Part shown: piece after piece, positions 24,354 to 37,905 of the stretch
How positions within the stretch are numbered: position 1 is the first letter of the stretch
Layout: the number at the start of each line of letters is the position of its first letter
Assembly: GCA_028534125.1 (NCBI GenBank)
Contig: CM052850.1
Coordinates: 14,632,001 to 14,696,000, forward strand
Length of the DNA: 64,000 bases
Direction: 5' to 3'
Origin: Lama glama
Taxonomy: Eukaryota
The notes under the pieces: model-generated
What the model was told of the DNA's origin: nothing
What the model saw: the letters and a program-made list of their open reading frames with translations, nothing else
Database searches by the model: none
Program-made: the position numbers and the translations under genes

Positions 24354-27300
24354 GTGTCAATTTGCCAACACGAATAACGAACACCACCAGTCATGCTGGC
24401 ATGAAGGAAAGTGAACTGTCACAGGCAAAGCAGAGCTTCGCTTCGCTGTTCTCAGCCAAAAAGACTTAGGGACCTTGGTCTCACTGTGATTCAATATGGC
24501 CATGAGCAGGGCTCACTAGTCCACATGGCCTTCAGGTACATTAGAAACTGTCTCCCCTTCCTGTTTGGGCATGCTGATTGTATTGGAACAGGAAGCATTA
24601 CCAGCATCTCCCGAAGAGCCGCCGTGATGAGCATGCAGATCTATGATGTTAGTGTGTGAACTGTGCCTCCCAAGATGTGGCACTGTGTGTGGAGGCTCTG
24701 CCTATGAGCATGGTTGCTGCCAGCCCTGGTTTTACAGATTGTGAAGCAATCTTTAGAAGCCATGGTATGGCACACCCTCTAAATCTTTGAGGTAGGGAAT
24801 CATGTAAACCCACTTTGCCCAACAAGATTTTATAACGGAACATATGTTGTGAGAACAAAAAGAATGCCTATGTAATAGGCTTTTTACTCAATCGTGAAGA
24901 AAATTGCTTTATTTGAATTATATTATTCAGTGTTTAATCTACCAAGTACAACCACATCTATGGCAAAGTGATATCCTAATTAAAAAGGAACTGTTATTCT
25001 TATTTAACATCTTCTCATGGTTATATTTTAAAGATAAGGCTGGCTACTTATACTCTAAAAGCTTTATAAAAACTTTGTCCACACAAAAAGTTGGTGATTA
25101 TAACCTGCTAAAACTATCCAGCCTAGAAATGCTTCTTAGAGTCAATGTTCCTGTTCCTGCTTCTGGTCCAGGCAGGTGTCATATAGTCTGGCTATCACTT
25201 CTTGCTGTTCACAGAATCAGTCCAGAGTGGTCCACTTCCGCCTGATCTAAACGCCTCACCAGTTCTCCTCTCAACTCTCGAGGCCCCTGCTCTCATTCAT
25301 TGTTTATTTCAGTTCCCGTCTTGCTTCATGCTTTGAACTTGGCATGTCCTCGTACCTCTATGTGACAAGGGTCTTAGTTCCCCCTGACAATCAGCCTGAA
25401 TTTCCTGCCCAGAATCACCATCGGACTGCTTGAGTAGTGACCTCCTCATCTGAACCGTGCCTCCAAGGATCTTTTCACCCTGACTCTATTCTATTAGATT
25501 GAAAGTTACTTGAGGACAGGGAACGGGTCGCATTAGTGAGTGCAGAGATGATCGTGTTCAACAAATAAATTTCTTGAGTGTTGTTGGACAAAATTAGAAT
25601 GAATTAGGAGGCTCACACAATAGTCTAGTTCAGAGAAGCAAAAATGTAAAATATAAAATAGCTCAATGTCTGTGAAGCTGAAAATAGGCAACATACACAA
25701 AGAATACAAGGTTGGGTGATAGGATATGGTTTCCAGAAGTGACTGAGAATATGCTTGGGAGAATAAAAAGACTTGGAAGAGTGTTAGGGAAGATGAAACT
25801 GTTTCAATTTACCCTTTATACCTATGAGACAATTATGCTGGCGTTAGAGCTTACTAGTAGGCATGAACTCATGACCATGAACTATAGGGACGTTTAGAAA
25901 TGGAAACCACATATTCTAAGTATTTGCTGCACATCAGAGAGTGCAGTCTTGGCATCCTCTATTGAATGGATGGGTGTAAACAATGAAACCAGAAAATTCG
26001 GAGACAGAAATTAGCAGAAAATCTTGTCAGGGTTTGGGTACAGGGGTTAGGATATTGCCTCCGGTCAACTTCTCTGAGCCCCTGATAAGTCTTTTGTGAG
26101 GTCCCAAAGCGGGTTTCTGTCCTCAGAGCTTGGTGGGATCAATGGAGATGTTCCCATCACATTATGGAAATGAATGGTTCCACTTAATGTATGGGGTGTC
26201 CTCACAATTTACTCATATGAACCGGAGCAGCATCACGCATTATTTTTCAATCCCTTTTATTAAATGTGCTGGGTCTGACTCAGCAAACTGCAGGGCCTTG
26301 CTGGCCTCTGGACCTGAATGATGAGGATAACTGCATTTATTAAGTTGATAGGCACAATGGTACAGGGCCGCCACCCTCATCTCCATTTGTTTTTAATCTT
26401 ATCTAGTCTCTACAAGCGCATGTTTTAAAATCTGATTATTTAACAAACAAGTTGGAGGAAGTGGTGATTTTTAAGAGATTTTGAAAATAAAAGCTTACTA
26501 AATTTTTTTCCCACTCTTTTCATGTCTTTCCAAGGAAAGGGCAGGAAAAAAGCCATATATCTTCCCACCAGGCTGATAACTCTTGATGCTGAGTTAATTG
26601 TTGATTCTTAAAAAGCCCTTGAGAGTGGTGTTTATCCCAGTTATTGGAGGATTTCTTTAGAAATGGGTTATTTAGCATTTCTTTGCCACCTGCTTTGAAG
26701 CTTATTCCCTAATTTCGGGACAAAAGGAAATATCTCCCTTACTGTTCTTTCACATTTAATCTCCATAAGCTGAGATAAGATTTTTATGGTCTTTGGAAAA
26801 AATGTGTCTTCTCTGAGTGCTGGAAAGAGCTGTAACTAAATCCATTAAAATATCATTTCTACTCTTGGGACCGTCTACCTGAGACATCACTCTGGGGCAG
26901 ATGCAAGGTGTCTTTTAGGCAGCCTGGACCCTCTAGTATGGCCTGACGGCCTCTGAGTTGGATCTGGACCTCTAAAGATTGCCCAGTGATCAAGAATCCT
27001 TAATCTACCATTGGCTTTCTTTGTATCTCAGTTTCTCATTGTGTATAATTACATCCTTCCTTCACAGGGATTTTATTGGGTTGCATTGTTAGGCATAAGA
27101 TCAAGAAAAGTTATTAGTGTTTTTTTTTTTTCTCACATCGCAACATTAACATAAAGACTAACTGTTTTATAACATTTGAAACATTGGAGCATTAAGACCA
27201 CATGTAGAAGGAAGAACAAGTATGCGTATGAGGTGTTATTAGTGATTAGTTAGGGCACAAAGCCAAAAATAAATAGTGAATGTCAAAGAGTAGACTCCAA

Positions 27301-28589
27301 TTTACTTTTACTTTGGGTGTTCTAAGAATCTGCATATATTTTTACCAAGTTGTAAAGGTGTGTGGTTTAGTGTAGGCTATGTTCTTATCTTCGTGGGTGA
27401 ATTCCTTTCCCTGGGGTGAGAATCAGTTATTCCTGCCACCTGTGCTAATTTTAACTCAATTCTGAATAACTTGAGTTCATCCTCCATTGTTGGAAAGGGT
27501 AATTAATGAACCATTAGGAAACAAAGGTTGCATAGCTCCCTCTTCCTCTTCACCTGTCAAACAACTGCTTCATTGAAGGCAGCGTCCAGAGCTGAGTGTA
27601 GAGACAGGCTAAACTGGATCTGTAGGAAGTGGGTGTTTCCATCTTGTGGTTGCTGTGTTGAACCTCCTGGGTTTGGTCCATTGACTCAGTTTTCGTTTCC
27701 TAGTCAGCGCCGCTCCCCATCTGCTCTTCCAATGGATTCCCTGCTTCCAGGGCTGAGTAAAGCTCCAAGCACAAGCTGTTACAGGACAAAGAGGGGCTGA
27801 TGATTCTTGCATCTTTTTTAGCACCTTGGAGCTTCAGAGCCTCCTCCCACCTCAGTGATGGCCCCGGGCCTTGCTCATGGAAAAAAAAAAAAAAGTAAAT
27901 TAAAACAAGGGTCACTTGCTGTTTCCGCCTGTGAGGCTTTGTTTGTGATGTGAAGGGAAAGGCGGTATTGGCGAATGGAAAATATATGAATACAAATAGA
28001 AGTACAATGGCTGGACTTAACCCTGATTTGTCAAAGGGTTTATGCTCTGAAGGCATCGCAAAATATGGCTGAAGTTGCTACTCAGAGAGGTCAGACAGTA
28101 AACGCGGATGACGCGTTTCAGAAAGGACTATAAGATGAGGTGGGAACAAATACAGAACTACGGCATATGAACTTCAGATACCACTACCTCTTCCTGGGCT
28201 GGTGGCTTCCCCTCCCCTTCCAAGCAGAAATGACTTTCTTTTATTTTTTTTGAAAGAGTATAAGAGTAATTCATGATCGTTGTGAAAAATATTAGAACCT
28301 ACAGATAAAATTAAAGAAGAAAAACGGTAAATACAATCCTACCACAAATATTTAAATAGTTCCCAACTCCTTGTGCTCTGACTTTATCCTTTTGAATTCC
28401 TTTTTAGGTATGCATCCATTCTTCCCCAGGAGGTGAAAAGCCCCTGACCTGGAGAGCCGGGACCATGACGTTTTCTTTGTAGATATGTTAGTAATCATAG
28501 GGAACTTTATTTCAGCTTTTGCCATATAATACATCTTATTCTGGTGACCTAACAAGTATGAGCTCATTTAATTTTGACAACAACACTGT

Positions 28590-28745
28590 AGGGTGAATGT
28601 TAATCTTCTGTCTATTTATAAATGAGAAAACTGAGGCTCAAAGAAGTCAAGTAACCGACACTGCATCTTGCAGTTTTTAAGTGATGGAGGTAGGACTGTG
28701 AATCAAAGAAGTCTGGCTTCAGAGCCCATGACCCTCACCTTTACA
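28590..28745 (-). mobile_element. MIR SINE
   Basis: 'aaatgagaaaactgaggctcaaagaagtcaagtaac...gtctggcttcagagccc'. Confidence 0.85.
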
Positions 28746-30584
28746 CTTCAACCCTTCCTCTGTTAGAGACGCAGTAAAAATCATTAATGATAATCTGATT
28801 CTGTAAACATATAAAGGCAGAAGAACTGAGACGAAGAACCAAGTCTCATTGCCCCTAGAGGACTACGCAGACCACAGGAGTCTTAATTTTCATTTCTTTG
28901 GTCTAAGCTCTACTCAAATCCCTTCCCTTCCCAGGTTAAGAGACCACCGCATCAACAGTGAAGGAAGGTGTGATTTAGTGCCCTCCCAGAGAGGGCACAG
29001 GCTTCAGCTTTGTACGCTGCTAATGTTTGCAAACAGTGCCATATTGATTTTGGCCCTAGCAATGAGAACACAAACAGCCACACATTACATGCCCTTTTTG
29101 CTCAAATGAGAGCAAAGCCTTAATCAGGCCCAGACATTCAGAATCCTATATGAAAGAGACATATATAGGTATAAATCCAATAGATGCTTGCCTCTGTCAT
29201 TTTACTTTAATTGTAATTTTGCAACTTCAACAACAGAAGATCCATTAGGCTTTCCTTCTCGATCAATACACAATATATTATCAGTCTAGACGACCAAAAA
29301 CGACTTGTATAAAACATCAGCGCCTTGCATTTTCATTATGTAAATGGGAACTCTGCAGGAGAATTAATTGATTATTCAGTTACTATGGATCAGTCTCAGA
29401 TGTCTTAGTGAGATAAGAGAGAAACTTATCAAGCCTCTCCAGTGACTATAACTTAAAAAGGAACAAGGTACTAAAAAAAAAAGAGAGAGAGAGAGAGAAA
29501 CACAGAGCACATTTCACTTTCATTGGCAGCCTGGGCAAAACCTATGAAATGCTGAGAGAGAGAAGAAATCCATTACCGAGTTTATTAGTGATGGAGTGTC
29601 GAGAGTTATTAGGCTGGTTACTGTTTGGGGATCCACATTTTAAAAACCACACAAACAAAACGGTAACACAGTCAGTGAGAGTCCGCTAGCTGTCTCCCCA
29701 GACTCTCAGTGCCCCAAGTAATTCACGCCCAGACCGTATATAATTACAACAGGATTGTTTAAGTAATAAATTGACCCCTTTCTTTTTTCTTGCATGGGTG
29801 GAGGCTGGAGAATGAAGGAGAGATTTTTTTTTTTAATCTATAACTTCAAAGAGATATGAGGGGAATAGTGACCTCTTTCTGCTCCCCCTTCTTTCAAGTA
29901 CTGAAGACAAGCAATTGTTCTCATTGCTACTACAGAATTATATGTGTTTGGTTTCAAATGGATGTGATTTGCCTTTAAAAAACACACAACAACTATACAC
30001 ATTAAGTTCTCCCTTTCAAGCAGAGGCTGATCCGCCCTTATTCAAAGACACTGCCTTTGCTTAGAAATGAGATCTCTCTTGGGGGTCACTGCTGACAGCA
30101 CATTCAGAACACATTGTTAGCGATAGTCTTTTTGGTCCATCAGTTCAGGGTTGTACTTAATTTTTGCAAATCGTCACTACTCTTCCCATACTAAGGTGAA
30201 ACAGAAGGTTGTTAGCTTAAGGAATATTTCTCTGTTTCAAAATGAGGTTTTGAAAAGCAGCAAAAACTCCTGGCTGTAAAGTAATAGCATTTTTTTTTTT
30301 TTGGCAGTACTCTGCAGGCAAGTTCCAAAATATTGGACACAATGACAACACTGAGGAAGAATATATCATGATTCTTAAAGGGGTCACTTTGCAAAACAGT
30401 CATCCTGGCTATTCCAAGTATGTTTAATACCAGTCAGGCCAAATCAAGCCAAACCACCTCATGACTTTATTTTTACTTTGTGTGTAAGCCAGGCTTAGCT
30501 GGTAAGAGTCGGGTATTTTTCATCTGGGGACAAAATACAAAGTAACATGTGATTCGCCTTTGCAAGGAATTTTGATGTGGTGAA

Positions 30585-31059
30585 CAATTTCCTACAACTG
30601 CTGTAACTCATGACCTCAAACGTAATGGTTGAAAATAATACACATGGATTATCTTATTGCTCTGTAGGTTAGACGTCTGACACTGTTGTGCTGAAATCAA
30701 GGTGTTGGCAGGGCTGTATTCCCAGAGGGGAGCTGGAGCTGGAGCTGGAGGGGAGAATCTATTCCTTTACCCTTTCCAGACTCTAGAGGCTGCCTGCCTT
30801 CCTTTCCTTATGGCCTCCTTCCAATTTCAAACCCAAAGCCAACAACGGCCAGTTGAGTCTTTCTTATACTGCGTCACTCTGATGTTGGCTTTTCTCCCTC
30901 ATTGTAATTACACTGAGCCCAGCAGATAATCCAGGATAATCTCTTTCTGTAGAGTAGCAGTGTGGCAATCTTAATCCCCTTTTACCATGCAACAAACAGT
31001 CACAGGTTCTAAACATTAGAATGTGGGCACGTTTGGGGGCCAGTATTCTGCCTGTTACA
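30585..31059 (-). mobile_element. MLT1 (MLT1C/D-like) solo LTR
   Basis: 'aaatcaaggtgttggcagggctg', 'gataatccaggataatctc', 'gggggccagtattctgcct..aca'. Confidence 0.9.
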
Positions 31060-31243
31060 GCTACGGCACAAGGATGACACTTGCTCTTTTGAGAACATGT
31101 CTGTAAAGTGTTCAGCTGCTTTTGGACATTGAACGAGCATTGGGGTAGCTGGAGTATCGATGTTCTATCACTATGTTGTTTCCCCCCTACTTCTTATGAA
31201 AATGAGAGTATGAGAACAATGAGTAAAGAACTTTCCAGATATA

Positions 31244-31343
31244 NNNNNNNNNNNNNNNNNNNNNNNNNNNNNNNNNNNNNNNNNNNNNNNNNNNNNNNNN
31301 NNNNNNNNNNNNNNNNNNNNNNNNNNNNNNNNNNNNNNNNNNN
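31244..31343. other. Assembly gap (100 N)
   Basis: N run. Confidence 1.
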
Positions 31344-31559
31344 CAAAAATGCTAGTAGGGTACTTACTCCCCCTCTGTGATAAACACTATCTGTATTAGG
31401 TTAGTTGGTTGGAATTCAGCTGAAAAACCTTCAGGAGCCAGGCGGAAATCTCACAGGATTGAAGTCAACCTGATGAGGATGGTGGTCAGCTTAGATACCA
31501 GGCCCTGCTTAAAATGAGCAGTACCTATCCGCTTAAGCAGGTGGTTGCCAGGTAACAAA

Positions 31560-31735
31560 TCGGTCCCAGTACTGCTGAGTGTTCTGATTTTTCAAAAGAA
31601 GCTGGATACTCAAATCTCAGGTGAAATATCCCCTATGTAAATGTTAATGACTAATTCACAAGCTTAAAAATTATTATGCAGGCCAAATGGAATAATTTTT
31701 AGGGATTAATATTTCTCCCGGGCTGCTGGGTTTTT
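31560..31735. mobile_element. MER103-like hAT-Charlie fragment
   Basis: 'tctgatttttcaaaagaagctgga..gtgaaatatcc...gcaggccaaa'. Confidence 0.6.
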
Positions 31736-33103
31736 TTTGTTGATTTTAATTATTCAAGTTCTTAAAGGAATTGGGACAGTGATTTTAGGTCATTAGAGGA
31801 AAGAGGATAGTGATGTTTGTGAGTGGGGACAAGGGGTGTGATGGATAAGGGTGCTTTTTTTTTTCTCTGCTTCTGGTTCTGCAATTTCCCTTAGCTTTCA
31901 GAATCTCTCCTGCATAGTCAATCAACAAGCATTTACTGAGCTCATGCTCATCTTAGAGTGAGTGGTACAGCTGATCAAGACATTGTCCTTTCTCTCAAGA
32001 AACTCAAAGCCTGAGCACTTTCTATGGGTAGAAGGTAACTCGTTATTCTGATGCAAGAAAGAGCAGTCAATTGTGATAGTGCATGCAAAGTTCTATCACA
32101 ATAGAAAATAAGCTGAGGAAAATACACACAAGAAAGTCATTACTGCTATTACTGAATATTCAAATACTATAAATAAAACCTGAGAACTCTTAGGGGAACA
32201 AATTAATTATCAGTTGGAGAAGGTGGGAGAGAGCTGAGGAGGCAAGTGGGTTTTACACAGGAGATGATAAGCATCTTAGATCTTGAAAGAATAAGTAAAA
32301 TTTAGAGAAGTTAAAATGAGGAGGCACATCCTCTCTCTTAGAAGTTTCCCAATCACCTTTAAAAAAGATCAAAAGTCCTTTCCAGCTAAAAATGCAAAAT
32401 GAAACAAAACAATGTCTCTTTTGACCAAACTTCTCTGTCCAGCTCTTGCCTATTCTCTTTCCTTCTCTTCAAAACCAAAGTTCTCCAGAGATGCCTACAC
32501 TCGCTGTATCTGCATTCTCTCCTCTCACCCAGTTCTTTCACCCAATTCAACTGAGCTTCTTCCCATCTCTTCAGTAGCATGGCTCTTGGGAAGGGTACCT
32601 CTGATCTTTGCTTAAAGATCCCTTTCTTGGAGAAACCCAGTCACCTCCCTGCTTGGTTGAGTTCTGTGTGGATGTGAGAACTTTGCATGCACTATCACAA
32701 TTGACTGCTCTTTCTTGCATCAGAATAACGAGTTACCTTCTACCCATAGAAAGTGCTCAGTAAGTACGAGGAGAATAAATGCAGGCGTATCTTTTACCAT
32801 CTAAAATCCTTCCTGCTCGTTATCCACTTCTATGGCCAGTATGCAAAACCGTTGCTTAAAGAGTTTGATTTTGTTGAGTTTCAGAAGGTAAAAATAATAA
32901 TGATGATGAAGTAATCTGAGTTGAGGAGGCTATACATTGAAATTTTAACTTAAGGTAGGGACTTATGTAATTGAGTGTATATCATCCTGACTGACATCTT
33001 CTTGGACCAACTGAGACGATTCTATGCCTCATGGAATTGGCTGAAGCAGCTGGCTTGATTGATCCAGGATGCTCAGAAGGTTTACTGGAAGCCACAGCCC
33101 ACC

Positions 33104-33141
33104 GCAGCGCTGGTGCAGTGCTGGTGCAGTGCTGGTGCAGC
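33104..33141. repeat. 11-bp tandem repeat (GCAGTGCTGGT), about 3.5 copies
   Basis: gcagcgctggt gcagtgctggt gcagtgctggt gcagc. Confidence 0.9.
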
Positions 33142-33179
33142 ATAATGTATGGCTGTGATTGTCCCAGTGGCACACAGCT

Positions 33180-33432
33180 GTGTTTTCCAACTTGTTCTTT
33201 TATTTTTACTGTCACTCACAGTTAAGAAATACAGTTTTTGTTGCAACACATGCCCTTATACACACGAAACTGAAGATAGAATGTCATAAAGCAATATTTA
33301 CTCGTATTATATGAGATACACTCTGATATTTGCTATTGCATTCTATTTTACTTATTAAAATACTTATTGTGAACCACTGATATGATTTCATGACCCATCA
33401 GTGGGTCTTGACCTGCAGGTTGAGAAATGCTA
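33180..33432. mobile_element. MER119-like hAT-Charlie element
   Basis: 'cactctgatatttgctatt...gatttcatgacccatcagtgggtcttgacctgcaggttgagaaa'. Confidence 0.65.
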
Positions 33433-33887
33433 GCATATACAAAGTCCATTGAACATATCTGTCAATAGTCACCTGTGAAGAATCAGAAGAAAAACATGGA
33501 AGGTTGAATTCTCTTACCTCCTTATTTTCAGATTTTGAAGCACCAGTGAGAAAGTCTTTCCAGCTCTGTTAGTAAACTCTCTTTCCTTCTTCTGCCTTAA
33601 ACCTGGCCCTCCTAATATGTCCAACCATCTCTCCCTTTACATACACCATATTTGCTCACTAATTCTTAATAAAAGGAAAAAAGGAATCCTGCATTCTCAT
33701 TCTGACTCTTGTCACCTTTCAGCTTCCTCATCCATAAAATGAAGGTTGATCAAGTGAGATTATGAATATGGAAAACTTTATAAACTATAAAGATAAAAAA
33801 ATGGTTATTGTTTTATTTGTCGGAAGTGGGCATCTGGTCAGCTCCGGACAGACAAGCATCAGAATCTGAATGTCAGGGTCTAAGGCT

Positions 33888-34110
33888 GCACAGTGGAATG
33901 AAAAGAATTTGGGCTGTGGAGTGACCCAAACTTGCCTGAATTCAGATCAGTGCTGTGACTTACTAAGTATAACTATGAGGTTTTGAGAAATCTATGTAGA
34001 TTTTCTGAGCCTCTTTCTACTCTGTAGAAGGAGGATACATCTGTTTTAAGTATAGCTGTGGGGATTGCATGAAATAATATATATACAGAATACTTAACAT
34101 GTTTAATAAT
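33888..34110 (+). mobile_element. MIR SINE
   Basis: 'cagtggaatgaaaagaatttgggctgtggagt...tctgagcctc...tctgtagaa'. Confidence 0.7.
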
Positions 34111-34156
34111 TTAAAGTAAAAAGAAGATTCAGAAATCCAGAGAAGTTTTGCCTAGA

Positions 34157-34662
34157 GCACTCCTGTCCACTAGAAACATAAAAGAGACACATACAAGATT
34201 TAAAATTTTCTAGTAGCCATATTCAAAAAATTAAAAGAAACAAGTCTAGTTAATTTTAATAATATTTTATTTAATCAAACATATCCAAAATATTATCATT
34301 TCAACATGTAACGCATATACATAATTATTAAGGAGATACTCTACTTTCATTTCTACAAAGTACTTGAAATCCCATGAATATTTTATGTCTATAAACATCT
34401 CCATAAAAATGCTCCATTTTATCAGAAATACTTGATATCTATTTAGGTTTCATCAAATTTATAAGGGAAGAGTAGTTTCACACACCCAAGTAGTTATAGA
34501 CCTTCTTGAATGTTTTCCAATAATTGAATGAACGGTCAGTTTTTAAATGCACATTAATTAAAATTGGTTAAAATTGAGACCTTATTTCCTCAGTCCCACA
34601 ATCCACATTTCAAGTGCGCAGGAGCCCCCTGTGGCTCGTGGTGGCCATATTGGGCAGCTCAG
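34157..34662. mobile_element. MER33/Charlie-type hAT element (longer form)
   Basis: 'aaattttctagtagccat', 'atatccaaaatattatcatttcaacatgtaa', 'ccacatttcaagtgc...gtggctcgtggtggccatattgggcag'. Confidence 0.8.
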
Positions 34663-35696
34663 GCCTAGAAGGTGTCTTCCTCCTACCCCACGTCAGCAGG
34701 ATCTGGGAGGCCTCTGCCAGGTCCTGATGGAGCATGAACACAGAGGTGTCCTCTGGAGGACCGCGAGATTGAGAAAGGCAGAGTTTATAAAAGAGTATCC
34801 AGAAACGTTAGAATTCTCTGTGGAGGCCCTGGGAACAGAAGGCAGGAATCAACGATAGCTAATATCCACTCTTCTCTACTAGCCAACAAGCTGTCTTCTC
34901 CCTGTAAAATATAAAATGAGGGAGTTGGGTGGGAGAGGGGTCACATTCTGGTCCAAACTTCAGTACCTCCTCCCTGGAATAGGGACACAAAGGACAGCCG
35001 TGAAAAATGAGCAAGGACCTGGCTGATGAGGGGAGCTGGCAGGAAATGAGTGTATATTGAGAACATGGCTGGGGAAAGCTGAAAAGCGAGTGACATATTA
35101 ATTGCCCACAGGGATCATCAAGGAAGGGGAAAACTGCTCAGAGAGGTCCAAGAGATCAGAAGGAGGGGCTGAGGAATTAAATTCGGGAAAAGAAAACATC
35201 AAGTAAGTTCAGCACAGGGATAAAGTTCCTGAGTATAGGAGACATCAATCTGAGAAACAGACTCTCCAAGGGAGAAGCGAGAAAATCAAGACTTCAAACA
35301 TTACAACTCAGCCAGTCGTAACATCGGGGATGAGGAACCATGCTGTTCTTGCTCTGAACGATGGGATAGACTAATAATTCAAAAAATGAAATATATAATT
35401 TTACACTTGGAAGGGAGCTAGTAAGTTATTTAGATGAGGAACCTCATTTTATAAGGGGGCAAGTTGAATTCTATCACATCTCTAAATAGCAGTGGGATCA
35501 GAAGTAGAACCTATTGCTCTAATTGTCAAATACTCAGTCTATGATCTATTGTCTACTCATTTTCAACAACTTTTTGGACATTTATTAATGAATCTGTAAA
35601 GCATCAATAGCGTATGTCTTTGATCCTTCTCTGGTTAAAAGAGAAAATTGGAGCCTTGAGTTAGTGTAGGTTAGGGGAGCTTCCTGTGGGTATCTG

Positions 35697-36032
35697 CAGC
35701 CATGCTATCCAATATGGTGGCCACCAGCCACCTGGAGCTATTGAGCACCTGGCCCGTGGCTAATCTAAATTGAGCTTTGATGTACACACTGGATATTTTA
35801 GACTTGGTACAAGAATGTTAACTATCTCATTACATCCATGTACATTAAAATACATTTTAATGTATAAAATATATTCTAATGTAATGACTACACATTGGAA
35901 TAAACACATTTTTAACATGTTTAGCTAAATAAAAATATTATTAAATTTATACTGCTTTTTTAAAATATTTTTAATGTTATTACTAGAAAATTTAAAATTA
36001 CATACATGGCACTATTATGCTTTTGTCAGCTT
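35697..36032. mobile_element. MER33-like hAT element, opposite orientation to the 34157 copy
   Basis: 'gctatccaatatggtggccaccagccac..gctattgagcac'...'actagaaaatttaaaattacatacatggc'. Confidence 0.85.
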
Positions 36033-37599
36033 GAGCTGAATAGAAGCTACTATGAATTGAAAAAAGGAGCCTGATGCTTTATTTCCAGCTTGCTTCCTCA
36101 AAGCACAAATTAAATTCTTAGGCCTTCAGAAGGCATGAGCAGGTCTTTAAGAGCCCAAATTCAGATTAATAAATAGCCCCTGAAAATTAGCATCTATTCC
36201 AAAACCATTAAAGAGAAAAAAAAAACTTCCCATTTGCCTTGTTCTTTATTCTCATGATTGCTCAGTGAATTAAGATGTCTAAAAACCCCAGCGTGTTTAG
36301 CTGTAGCCATCCTCCATTTCTTCTCTACAACAGCATTGCGTTGTAATGAAGACCATGAAAAAGCATTTCAGAAAATAGCCTCCAATATGAAGCAGCAATC
36401 AGTATGCACGGTATATGCGATCCAGCCAGAAAGATGTGCAGGAGAGGCCCAAATATCTCTGGCCTGCTTAAACACATGCTTTCTGCTTGCCAGCCAACAA
36501 ATCGCTTCTATATATTACATAAGACTAAATTAATACCTACACGAAGACAGTTTATTGTGGATGATGGATCGTGGGTTTGTTACTCATACATCCAGAGCAG
36601 GGCCCTGGAAATCGCATCATCATTGCATTCCCAGGGAAAGAAATGATTGTCACATGCAGACATGTTTTATCATGGAGAGAGAGACTGATCGGGGCCCATC
36701 TACTGGCCGGGAGAACACTGCCTCCTCCTGTGATGAGTGCTCGGAGGGAAGACTTGGTGTTGACTGCCAGATGCCAGCAAGAATATGGTTTCATTATAGG
36801 TCCCCCTGGGGGTAATGAGGAATGATCTGGCTACATCCTACAGTCTAAGTTGTTAGGTTTGAGGGGCCCAAGTAGGAGTGTCATTTAACTTTAACAGAGG
36901 CAACCCGAATAGCATACACTCTACTTCGGGAAGCAACAATTATCTGTGTTACACATACTGCAGTCAGTGGTATAATACAGATGGACCCCCAAACCCAAAG
37001 ATGCAAGTCCTAGCATAAACGTAGGAGGTGAATGAAGGACAGATTAAACTGAAGAGATGGGTCTCTTTGGCCTATCTCCTGACAAACTGTCTGGCTGCAT
37101 CAGCAAAAGGCAAGTGCGATCGATACTTACGAAACCACAACACCGCCTCAATCAGAGGCAGAGCAGGGTTGGAGCGCTATTACCATAAGTGGCTGAGTCG
37201 TTGATGTGAATGTATATGTCATTTTGCATACCATTTGCATGTTATTTGGTGCAGCCCTGCCAATAAACAAATGCAATTTATCAACTTACACAACCTACCC
37301 TGACCTTTGTAAGTGTACGTGGAGGAAAATAAACTAGACCTGCAATGAATTACTATTTGTTTAGCATAAAAAAAAAAGAAAGAAAGAAAGAACAGTTCAG
37401 ATCCAGGGAGTAAGTTATTAACTTCAGTGCTCTCAACTGGGTAGAATGCTTCCTGTGGGCAAGACTTCGTTTCAGGCATTTGTGTTTCTAGCCCGCTTAA
37501 TGGTTTCGCATGGTGAGTACTTCCTGTGTCTGTGTTATTGCGGATCTCACTAAGAAATATGTGTCTGTAAATTGCATGCATGTGTCTCTTTCTCTCTCA

Positions 37600-37825
37600 A
37601 TCACATTTATTAAGTGCATCCAACATACCAAGCAGAGTAGTAAGTGCTTTACATATATTGTAATTTAATCCTCAACAAAAATGGTCTAGTTTTACAGACA
37701 ATGGAAAAAGGGTATAAGCATGTGGACATACTCTTTGGGACATAGAGATGGTAAGCAGAACATGGATTTGAACTCAAGTCTGTCTGACTTCAGAGCGTGA
37801 GTTCTTAGCCATTTAACAACTGTAC
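37600..37825 (-). mobile_element. MIR SINE
   Basis: 'catttattaagtgc...atttaatcctcaac...ggatttgaactcaagtctgtctgacttcagagc'. Confidence 0.9.
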
Positions 37826-37905
37826 TAACCCTAACAATATATAACTCGATGGCACTTACGTACGATTTATATCAAAAGATACAGGTAGGCAAAGTCTCCT
37901 TTCCC

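Noticed and set aside
33104-33141. CRISPR-like repeat
   Set aside because: Simple head-to-tail tandem repeat with no spacers, in eukaryotic DNA
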